DNA from: Lama glama
Taxonomy: Eukaryota
Assembly: GCA_028534125.1 (NCBI GenBank)
Contig: CM052818.1
Coordinates: forward strand, 46,688,001 to 46,752,000
Direction: 5' to 3'
Length of the DNA: 64,000 nucleotides
Both the position numbers and the translations under genes were made by a program. Shown here piece after piece: positions 51,040-60,820 of the stretch (positions are counted from its first letter, which is position 1; each line of letters begins with the position of its first letter). The notes beneath the pieces were generated by a model. That model saw only the letters and a program-made list of their open reading frames with translations. It was not told the origin of the DNA and searched no databases.

Positions 51040-51960
51040 AGGAGCCCGCTCTTGCGCCGCCTTCCTCGCTCCGGCCAGCAGGTGGCGCCCGGCCTCCACC
51101 AGCCGGACCCGAAGGGCCGCTCGGGCTCCCCCGCGAAAAGTCTCTTCCGAAAGGCGCCTCTTCCCCTTGACGCTGCTGCTACTCTAGGTCGTCGCCCCAA
51201 ACTTGCAAACGGTCCCTGGCTCCCAGTGACAGTGCAGGTGCTCGAAAGGGCCCAGCCCCGCCCGCACAGCTTCCCCGGCAAAGCCAAGGAGATTTTGCTC
51301 AAGACCCGCCTCCCGGGCCAGATCCTTTCGCCCATCTGAGCCCACCCCTCGGGTCACCGAGGCTGGGGGCGACTAGAGGCTGGTGTCTGCGCCCCTCTGC
51401 CCCGCTGTCCCCGGAGGAAAGGACGGGGCGGGGGTTGGGCAGCAACCCGGTCACACGCTTCTCGTCCTCACCCCACCGGTGTCCAGCCCCGCACAGGGCT
51501 CTGGAGGGGCTGACGACAGGTGGACAGACGTCAAGTGACAGCCTAGAAGAGCAGCCTGGGTCGGGATGACTGGCTCCGCTATCGCAGCCAGAGCCCACTT
51601 CCCTGGGGGTATGATTATCAACAACGACAGCCGTCGGCAGTGCGCCTGGATCAAAAAGCATGGGCTCACCTTCAGACTAGGATGATGTCCGGGGACTGGC
51701 TGACGGGCAGAGCTGCCCTGGCCGGCTGCAAGACCCCCGCCCTGGAAGGAGGGTCTGGGGTCGGGACCCCCGCAGAGGATGCAGAAACCTGGCCAGGTCT
51801 GAGCTGAGATTCCCAGGCTACCTCTCCCAGACAAATCTCCAACCCACCACCCCGTGCTGGGTGGCTGGGTGGTGATGGATTCCGTGTCAAGGCCGGAAAC
51901 GCGGCAGCCACCGGGGCAGACTCGGTGGCGCCACCCAAACACCTGCTCGACTAGGCCTCA
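51040..51960. promoter_or_regulatory. CpG island downstream of ID2 with CTCF consensus and Smad composite site
   Basis: CpG-rich. CCAGCAGGTGGCGC at 51075-51088 and CAGAC-N5-GGCGCC at 51917-51932. Confidence 0.7.
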
Positions 51961-52954
51961 GAAAGCGGCCCCAGGTGAGACCTCTCTCTCCTGCCTGTCC
52001 TGTCCTCCCCCCCCTCCCTTGGCCAGTGCCCATCCACCTCAGACCAGCCTTCCAGAACCTCCCACACCCTCCCACTCACACCCCTGGGGAAGTGTCTTCC
52101 AATTTGAGGATACAAATACATGCACACATCTGAATTTTAAGCACTCATCTATATTATAAACTATGTATTTTAAAGCAGGGTCCAAATATCGCCGCAGAAT
52201 GGCTGCAATGGAAACTGATCCTTTTTCTGATTCCCTCCCCCTTATCGTTCCCTGGGCAGGCCATGGCCCAGTCAGTGCAGTCAATGGTGAAGGGCGATTT
52301 CATAGCCACCTGTCTCAGAAGGCCAGCAGGTTGAAGCCCTTCTCCGGGAGGCTGGGTGAGCTACAGGTGGAGAAGGTACGGGGAGGGTGTGCAGCGGCCC
52401 CAAGCTCAGAGCCATATTACAGCTTACTTTCCAGGGCAAACAGTCACTTGGGGCAAACAGTAACACCGAGGGATTGTTTGCCCTTCCTCTAAGTCTTTGA
52501 TCAGTTCCAGAATTCTGTGGGGCCGTTTCTCCTCGGGTTGATAGCGGTTGTATTTACTCCAGGAGTGCCTTGATGTCTGCTCAGACAGGTAGTCCTTCCA
52601 GAGTCCAGTTTATCTGAAGGATCTAACTCCTAGGAGTCACCATCACAGCAACTCTCTGGTTTGAGACTCGGCCCCAAGGCAGAGAAACTACTCTTTCCTT
52701 GCCGGACCAAGAGAAACTTGGTTTACGGACTCCCCAGCCCTTGTCGGCTCTCCTCGGAAGCAGCCGCAGCCCTGTGCCCCCCAAGTGCTGGCCCTGCCCA
52801 CAGATCATCTGATAAAGGGTTTCTCTGCACACAGGTTCCAAGACTTAGAGGGTGGTGGAAGGAATGGGCGAGAAAGGGCTAAGTAAAATGGTGAGACAGA
52901 GAGAGAAGGAGCAAGTGCACAAGACAAGTATCTTAAAAACCATTCAGAATTCAG

Positions 52955-53722
52955 GTATTGACTTCAGACGTGTTTTATTATAGCCTTATACAGTCTACAT
53001 AAATTTGAACTTGTATTTATTTGGGTTCAGTTATAACATAGCATAATAAAAATCAAAGCACTGGTCCTCTGAAATAAAGCAGGCAATCACCATTCAATAA
53101 ACACACTTGATTTATTTTGTATAAAAGGGTTAAGTTTACAACTAAACTTTTATAAAAAGTTTAGCATGAATAAGTACATCATTACGCTTTGTATGCAGAA
53201 ATATTCATCTCTGCCACTATACAAGGAAACTCTAGTCAAAGAGTTCACAAGGTTTCACTCAATATATATATATTTATATATAAATATATACACAGCATTC
53301 AGTAGGCTTGCGTCAAAAAGGTAATTTCTGACCGAAAGACTTCATTTAAGTAACTGAATACTGGGTCCTTCTGGTATTCACGCTCCACCTTTGAAAAAAG
53401 GCAAAGTCTGCTTAAATTGGGCAATTCCTTGTGATTTTAACATTTTCGCTCCCCATGGTGGGAATAGTATATAAAGAAAACCTTCCAACTGCAGAAAGGG
53501 CATTTAAAAGTCTTTTTCATAAATAACTAATATCACAGTCCAGGTCAGAGAACACCCTGGGGAACTTGATCACTTAGTTTTCCTTCCATTTTTAAAAAAG
53601 GTCCATTCGACTTAGCCTTGTCCTCCTTGTGAAATGGTTGAAAAATAAGTTCAGCGCCTTAAAAGAGCCCGTGGATTTGTTGTTGTTGTTGTGCAAAGAG
53701 AAAAAAAAAAAGTCATGAACAC
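52955..53722 (-). other. ID2: ID2 exon 3 (entirely 3' UTR, AU-rich)
   Basis: CTTTCTCTCCCGATCTTTTGCAG acceptor, exon begins at 53722. AT-rich body with AATAAA near the end; the 3' end is approximate. Confidence 0.88.
52974..52979 (-). terminator. ID2: ID2 polyadenylation signal AATAAA
   Basis: TTTATT on + at 52974-52979, with GT/T-rich sequence downstream on the - strand. Further AATAAA copies at 53016-53021 and 53111-53116. Confidence 0.75.
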
Positions 53723-54499
53723 CTGCAAAAGATCGGGAGAGAAAGGATTGTTTAGGAGATTGTAACCTAAGGGCAGAGGCGGGCAGACTGGCGCCAGGAG
53801 GAAGCCGCAGTTTGAACATTTAACCAAACACTCAAACGTTGGGCAAACCCTGGCGTCCAGATGCAACACACACACTCGGCCTCCACAGCGCAAATTAAAC
53901 ATGAAAATACAGAGACTCAGGGGAAAAACTTCCCAGCGCAATCTCCTATTTGGATCTCCAACGGAGTGCTCGCAGGCGCCAGTCTGCTTCTTGTAACAAT
54001 TATTTGATTGAAAACAGCCCTTTAGTTAACAGATAGGGAAGTCGGAATCCCACATCACAGGGTCTGGGGCACAGGGCAGCAATGCTTGGCTAGCCGAATC
54101 CCAGAGGGCTGGAGTTTCAGGGAAGGAGGATCCCTATGGAATTTGCGGCGATAAGATTAATTACACGGAGGTTAGTACCTCGTAGTACCAGAGCGATCGC
54201 AGGAAACAGCCGGGGCATGTTACATGCGCACAGAAGCCAGTACTCATTTCCCCCGGCCACCTTCATACTAAGTTACTAACATCATTTTTTTTTAAAGGAA
54301 AATGTTCTGTGATCTCGAGTAACAGAAGCTAGATGCCCCTTCATGTCCAGTACACGTAAACAACGCACTACGGGAAATACAACAAAATACACATTCAGTT
54401 ATGAAGCCCCAAATCTTACAGATCCGCAAGTACACACACGCGCACGCACATACACTCCAAGCGGCAGTTCAACCGGCGGCACAAACACTCACCATTTAT

Positions 54500-54556
54500 T
54501 CAGCCACAGAGCGCTTTGCTGTCATTTGACATTAACTCAGAAGGGAATTCAGAAGC
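54500..54556 (-). CDS. ID2: ID2 exon 2 CDS (ASEFPSELMSNDSKALCG*); whole exon 54493-54556
   Basis: CTTTCTCTCGCAG acceptor, TGA at 54502-54500, ATG|GTGAGT donor 7 nt after the stop. Total protein 134 aa. Confidence 0.97.
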   Translation of the reverse strand, partial: ASEFPSELMSNDSKALCG

Positions 54557-54872
54557 CTGCGAGAGAAAGGTGATAAAAGGCATGATGTTAGACAACCTTA
54601 AGGAGAAAGAGCCTCTATTTCTGTTTTTTAAGTAGTCCACAGAACATCAAGTTTATGCTAAATTCGGACTCAAAGACGCATTAACGTGTCAGAACTTATC
54701 AGTCATTTCACACACGACTCAATCTACAGCAGATTTATTAATTTTTTTTTAAAGATAAAGTTAATTATCTCATCTGTAAGTCACCGTCTACGGCCGCCTT
54801 GACAATGGGTCTGCCGCCCAGGCGATCGCGGGGATGCACGGGAGCGAGCGGGGCACCGGGAGTAGGTCTTAC

Positions 54873-55220
54873 CTGCAAGGACAGGATGCTGATGTCCGTG
54901 TTTAGGGTGGTCAGCGGCGTCCTGGACGCCTGGCTCTGCCCGGGTCGCTGGTGGTGCAGGCTGACAATAGTGGGGTGCGAGTCCAGGGCGATCTGCAGGT
55001 CCAAGATGTAGTCGATGACGTGCTGCAGGATTTCCATCTTGCTCACCTTCTTGTTCTGGGGGATGCTGGGCACCAGCTCCTTGAGCTTGGAGTAGCAGTC
55101 GTTCATGTTGTAGAGCAGGCTCATCGGGTCGTCCACCGGGGTTTTGCTCCGGGAGATGCCCAGGCTGTGGTCCGAAAGGCTGTTTTTCCTAACGGACCTC
55201 ACTGGACTGAAGGCTTTCAT
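54873..55220 (-). CDS. ID2: ID2 (inhibitor of DNA binding 2) exon 1 CDS, HLH domain, aa 1-116
   Basis: [79 protein letters not shown]... is ID2. Includes the RTPLTTLN D-box. CAG|GTAAGA donor on the - strand at 54872. Confidence 0.99.
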
Positions 55221-55339
55221 GCTGAGCGCGGGGAAGGAGAGACCGGGAGGAGGGAGCGGGCTGCCCTAGAGCTCAGGCCGCCACCGCCGCCGCCTACGGA
55301 GCCTACGGAGCCTCCTGCGCTGCTAACCAGGCTCGGCTC

Positions 55340-55570
55340 AGAATGAAGCTGAGAGCCGGGCCGGGCTGCTTTTATCTGTGCTCGCCCAGGCCACACGATC
55401 CGGCTTCCCTGCGTCCTTATTGGTGGAAGGCGGCGCGTCCATCAGGCCGGGAGGGCGCCCCTATTGGTGGGCGCGGGCGCGGGGCGAGCGCTCGGTCCTT
55501 CCGCGTTCGCAGCCAATCCCCGCGGAGTGGGCGGGGCGGGCGCGAGCCCAGCTGGGGTGGTAAATAGAGT
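55340..55570 (-). promoter_or_regulatory. ID2: ID2 core/proximal promoter
   Basis: On the - strand: Inr-like TCATTC (A+1 about 55344) and TATA-like GATAAAA at 55376-55370, about 30 bp upstream. CCAAT boxes at 55419-55423, 55463-55467 and 55513-55517 (the last in opposite orientation). GC box at about 55533-55540 and a GTAAATA forkhead-like site at 55560-55566. Confidence 0.85.
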
Positions 55571-55590
55571 ACAGTAAGCCGGGGGCCGGA

Positions 55591-55630
55591 GGGGAGCGGC
55601 GCGGAGCGGCGGGGAGCGGCGGGGAGCGGC
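55591..55630. repeat. 10-bp tandem repeat (GGGGAGCGGC)x4 in the ID2 promoter
   Basis: GGGGAGCGGC GCGGAGCGGC GGGGAGCGGC GGGGAGCGGC read directly from the sequence. Confidence 0.9.
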
Positions 55631-57939
55631 GGGGAGGGGGCGGGCAGAGAAGCAGGGGAGGGGAGGAGGGGGCAGGGTGGGGGAGGCGGGAGACCTCGGG
55701 GAATCTAAATGTGCATCTCAATTCTAATCCCAATGGCGGGGCAGGACCTTTTCCCTAAGGTGTCTACCGAGGACGAAGCTTTCTACACCTTGGAGCTTTC
55801 TGCATCCCTAAAGTTACAGCCAAACGGGCAAGGTCTGCACAGCAGAGGGAGAGCCACCATCGTTCCCTACTACCCACCGAATGTCATCAAGATAGCATTT
55901 CTGAAGAAAGTGAAAACGCAAATAAGTTTGCCACGGACAAGTGACGTTTGTAGAGTGAGTTCGGTTTCTTAAAATAAGGAAAAGCTTTGTAAAACAAAAA
56001 CAAAAACAAATACCCGTGTGCGCATTCGGTGGCAGGTTTAGTGTGGGATCTTGCTAACCCGGAGCAACGCAGGAGGCATTATTGTAAACTTAGTAAAACG
56101 AGTCCATATTGGAAACCGTGCTGATCGCTAAGGAGTTCAGAGGCAGGACGCTCTCCGGGTTCCTTTTCTAGAACAGGGAAGGGCTATTATAATGATGCTG
56201 TTAATCGGAAATCATTAGGGGAATTTGCATATTGAAAGTGTATTTGCATACACTGCCCTTGAGAGGCTGCCCCTCTGTGCTCTGCAGTGTAGGTGGCAAA
56301 GTAATGTGATTAATTATGCACAAATCGTGATTTCTGGTGTCACATTCCAGCACCTACTGTATTTTTAAAGCTTTGTGACAGGTAGGTGGCCCCAGCCATT
56401 GGTCGACAGCTTCACACTATTAAAAGAAAATTCTGTCATGTACTAGGTTTGGAATCTTTTCAGCGCTAGTCCTGGACGCAGCTTCAGGTTGTGTTTTGTT
56501 CTTTTTTTTTCTTTTTCTATAAATCTTTAAGAACTCATTCCTGTGGTCTCAATAAAGAAAAAGTTTGCAGTTATTTACTGAAATCCCTTTCAGCTAATTC
56601 ACACAGAATTCTAGCTTAACTGAAGATCACAGTAAATTAGTGGTATGTTTTGAAAATCTTATTTCTCTAGAATGCAATAAACTAGAAAATCTGATAAAAT
56701 AATATTTGTAAATATCTTGTTTACTTTTAGTGTCAATCTCTACCTTCTTTGCATTTCGGAAAGAGGAAGGGGGCAGAACTGAAGAAAAAGCAAAGCTTAA
56801 TAATGGGGAAAGAGTGTTTTTTTCCTTCAATTAATGATTCATTCCTCAGCTGGTGGGCTGGCTGGTCTCTGACACCGGCTGCAGCCTTGTGCCTGCCCCA
56901 GGGTCTCCCTTTAAGGGAGGAAGAGTTGGTGGCGCTGGGGTGGATGTCACTTTCAGAAAATCCCACCGCTTTGGGTTGGAGGATGGAAGTGGACGGTATC
57001 CTGACCAACGGAGAAATCTGCTTAGGGCCTGGCCCCACTCATGTTGCCTGCTACTCTGCTCCTGACAGTATTCGATTAACAGCCTCTCCTCTGATATTAA
57101 GTCTGGAAATGATTTCATCCCCGAGTCCCCCACAGTTCGAGCCTTTTGATGTACTTTGTGTGCATGTGTTTCTGTCACATACGTGCCACAGTGGAACAGA
57201 TTTTGTTTTGACACTATTTTGGTTCATGATGTTATACTTTGACTATTTTACAATAATAGCCAATGTAAACAAACATCTTTGGGTTTCTCAAATTATTACT
57301 TGTGATTCTTGGACATTGCAGCCCTGCGATACTGACGCATTCCGAGCTTTTTCCAAGGACACCGTATGTGAACGTCCGTGCCAGCCTCATTATCCCTACA
57401 GCCAGGCTCTGGGCTGGTTCCTAATGAGCCTTGTGCAGTATTACTTCACACACTCGCAAAGTTGATTAAGGCAGTGCCTTCTCCCATGATCATTTTTGTA
57501 CCCTGATGTAGTAAAATTGCTAAATATGGTGAAAGTTTTCTGGTGTTTCTTTCTTTAGCTGCCATGTCAGAGTCCAGTCAGCCTGTGTTGAATTCGATTC
57601 CACTGGCACGCTACCCAGTTCCACATTCATTTAAGGATCATTTTTAAGGGGACGATGAAGCCGTATAAATTAATGATTTAAAAAGGGCCTGAGTCACTAG
57701 TATGTCTCGGCAAGCCCAATACGAAATTACCTTTACAAATATGTTTTCATTCGGAAACTGGTGTTGGAGCATTCTCGGGGTGGGTTACAAGGTACTGAAA
57801 AATCTGTCAATTGGTGTCTCAGTGGGTTTGCATTTGAGGCCGCTAAAGTTCAAATGCTCCCAGCTGCAGAAAGGGCCCTGGATTCGAGATCCGTAGGTGG
57901 TGGGAAGGTGTGAATGGCTTCCGGTGGGGCTGGGGGGCG

Positions 57940-58620
57940 GAGTGGCGATGTAGTTCTCCCCCCCATTTAAAGCCACACGCGTGCCCTGGAAGTTCCCCTA
58001 ACCTGGTTCCCGGACTCCCTCACTCGCTCGGTCTCCACCCCAGGCCCGGGTCTCCACCCCAGGCCCGGGCGTCGGTTCCCAGCGCGTCCAGCCGCTCGCT
58101 GTAATCAGAAGCAGCTCCGGGCCAGGCGCGCCAGGCCGGCCGGGCGGCCTTTGCAATCCCCGCGTGATGCAACTGGGGGCGGGAGGAGCCTGCGGGGGGG
58201 GCGGGGGAGGGGGTCTCAAGGTCCTCCCTGCACATCTGGCGCAATTGGGAGCGCTCGCCTTTCTTCCCCCCGGTTTTGTTCTCACAGCTGTGTCCATTCC
58301 GTCCGTGACCCCCCGAGTGATCCCTGACAGGTGATGAATTGGCGGCGGCGGCGGCGGCGCGCGGGCCAGGCCGCGGCGGGGCCGGAGCCGGAGCCCCGGA
58401 GCAGACTCTCTGGCGCCAGGCGCGTGACGCCGCCCATTCACGCCGCCCTGCAGCCTTGTCCTCGCGGCGCCGCTCAGGCGGCTGCCATGGCAACCGCGCC
58501 GTCACTCAGCGCGCGCGCCCAGCTGATCAATGCCTGCGAGGCCCGGCCGTCCCAGGCTCGCCCGGCCCGGCCGCCCGGCCCGCGCGCACCTGCAGCCGCT
58601 GCACGTCTTAAGTTTCGAGC
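57940..58620. promoter_or_regulatory. CpG island about 3 kb upstream of ID2 containing the BMP-responsive element
   Basis: CpG-dense. Contains CAGAC-N5-GGCGCC at 58402-58417, TGACG at 58425, repeated GGAGCC, an RFX X-box-like GCTGCCATGGCAAC at 58481-58494 and (GGC)6 at 58341-58358. Confidence 0.85.
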
Positions 58621-60169
58621 GATTTGGGGGAAGGAAGGAGGACCGAGAAGAAAAGAAAAGGGGGGTTGGGGAGAGAAGAAAAAAAGCCGGGAGAGGGAGA
58701 AGAAAGAAATCTTCCTTGTGCAGAAGGAGGCGTAATGTGGCTTAATAGGTTGCCAAAGCAAAAGGTTTTGCTTTATTTTATTTGTTTTTGCAACCGAGGC
58801 GTTCAGGGTGGGGCTGGCGCGAGGGAAGGGCGGATGGGGAGAAGGTGACTGTCTTAGGCGATGGCGAGATTTATTTATTCCTTTGGATCCTCTTGGGGAT
58901 GACTTTGATGCTAGACTCCTAAAAATACCTTTGAAGGACCCCCTCTTACTCCCACCGCCCACTGTCCCTTGCCTTCCTCCTCGGAGCCCTTGGGGGTTGC
59001 ACTAAATACCATCACATTTTTCCAGAACAGCACCCCCCCTCACCTCCCAGGAGGGAGGATGTGCAGCCGGGTCCCGCTGCTCCCAGCCTCTGCGCGCCAG
59101 CAGACCCGCGTCTGCGTCCTCATTACCACTACAAAGCCGGGCAGACTTAGCCCCATTCCAATGCTGCGTTTTCAACTGAGAACATGAAGAGGCCAGAAAG
59201 TTCCAAGCAGCCCGCGGACGCAGACGCCTCTTCGGTGGCCGCTTTATCTCTAGGGAAAGTTCCATTTTAAGAACTAGATGCCAACATTCCCGGACAGTTT
59301 ATGGCATCCGGATCCCTCAGGGGTGCGCATCCGCATCCCTCAGGGGTGCGCATCCGCAGTGTAGAGCGTTAGCATCAATTATCTATCACCCGTTCTGGAG
59401 AGGAGCTCCTGAATCTGGATGTCCTCTGCTGGCCCTAAAACCGCGGGGGGTGGGGTCAGGACTGTTCCCGGTCCTGTTATCTGGTTTAGCAGAGTTTGTT
59501 GTGGTTTTCGAGGAAACTGCATCTGGATTACATAAGGATTCAAGTTTTTGCTTTACTTGTTTATTTAATACCTTGGCAAGAGAGAGCCCTTACCCTGAAA
59601 CCAGATAACCTAATTTGAGTTTAAAACAGACTTCGATGAAGGGACACGAGAGGGGGAGAAAATGAGCAAAACCACAAAAAGCAAACAAGGGGATGTTTAT
59701 TCTTCTCCCTTTGGGTATTCTGGAAGACCTGCCTAGCCTCTCATACTTCTTGTCGCACACAGCTAATAAATTGCATTGGCAAAGCGCTTCAGCTCCTACA
59801 ATGGTTTAACAGTCCTGCCTCCCCCATCGCGGCCCTAATTCCTTCTAGGATTCGCCCGTGGTCCTGTTTGCCCAGAGATCTCAAGAGCACCAGGAAAAAC
59901 GCCGTGCTAAATCCAATTGCTTTCAACCGTCTGATCTTGTAGGGAGATCACCTTTCAGCCCCGTTCAAAGAAAGCAAAGTTTGGAAAGTTGGGCGGAGGG
60001 GCCCATTTAACTACCAGCACGGCAAATATTTAGTTACAAATGCTGTGAAATGCCCCTATTTGTGGCCGCGTTTGTCTTTCACAAAGGATTTTCCTGTGAC
60101 TTTTGTTCCGGTCACCAAATTAAAAAAGAAAATTAACTTGAGTGAGAGATAAGGTCTTGGAAAACAACC

Positions 60170-60820
60170 CTCGGCCGCCTGCGAGCTGGCGGGCACGGGG
60201 CTGGCGTCGCCGAGTCTGCGCTTCCCGGAGGCGCGCGTCGCGGGGTCCGGTCCCCGCAGGGAGCCTGGGTCACCATGGGGACCCCCAGTTGCCACCCGTG
60301 CGCCTCCTGCGCCTGAGGCAGCGCCCAGGCCGGGGAGGGGTCTGCCCCCCACCTCGTCCGTGGGAATCCGCAGCAGACCTCTCCAGCCAGCGACGAGGGC
60401 GGGCTTGTCCGGAATCTAGCTGCATCTTAATACTATAATGCGGCACCAAAAGCAAAACCTGAGGCCGGCTTGCGAGTTCCTAACAAGAAACACATTGTGT
60501 GCTTCCCCCGCCCCCGCTTTTGTGGCCGAAGCCACGGTTGCGCGCTGGCCACAACGCCGCGCGCCAAGTGCATGACTTCAGTCGGGAGGAACCCGCCCGC
60601 CCCGCACCGCGCGCGCGCCAGCCCAGGGCGGCCACCCCGCCGCGCCCCGCCGCCCCCCCCCCGCCGCCCCGTCCCGCTGACAGGTCAGGGGCTCAGGCCC
60701 GGCCGGGGCGCGCTCGGCAGACACGCTTCCTGCGCCCTCGGTGCTTTGGCCACTGCCCTTTCCCAACCCGGGGGCTGGCGATGGGGCACTGGTGACACCC
60801 AGGAGGCGCCAGCGCGGATA
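60170..60820. promoter_or_regulatory. CpG island about 5 kb upstream of ID2 (possible divergent/antisense lncRNA promoter or enhancer)
   Basis: CpG-dense with multiple GC boxes at 60590-60675 and GGCGTC-N5-GTCTG at 60203-60218. Human has an ID2-AS1 lncRNA in this general region, but no exons can be called from the sequence. Confidence 0.7.

Larger units (their letters stand above)
54780..55700. promoter_or_regulatory. CpG island over ID2 promoter/exon 1
   Basis: Visibly very GC- and CpG-dense compared with the flanks. Confidence 0.85.

Noticed and set aside
54493..54502. Intron downstream of the ID2 stop codon as an NMD trigger
   Set aside because: The junction is only 7 nt after the stop, well inside the roughly 50-nt rule; this is normal ID-family gene structure.
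57180..57185. TACGTG hypoxia-response element upstream of ID2
   Set aside because: Plausible since ID2 is HIF-responsive, but a lone 6-mer cannot be supported from sequence alone.
59304..59358. Short direct repeats considered as CRISPR-like (also 58030-58069, 55591-55630)
   Set aside because: Head-to-tail duplications without spacers, no cas genes, and mammalian context.
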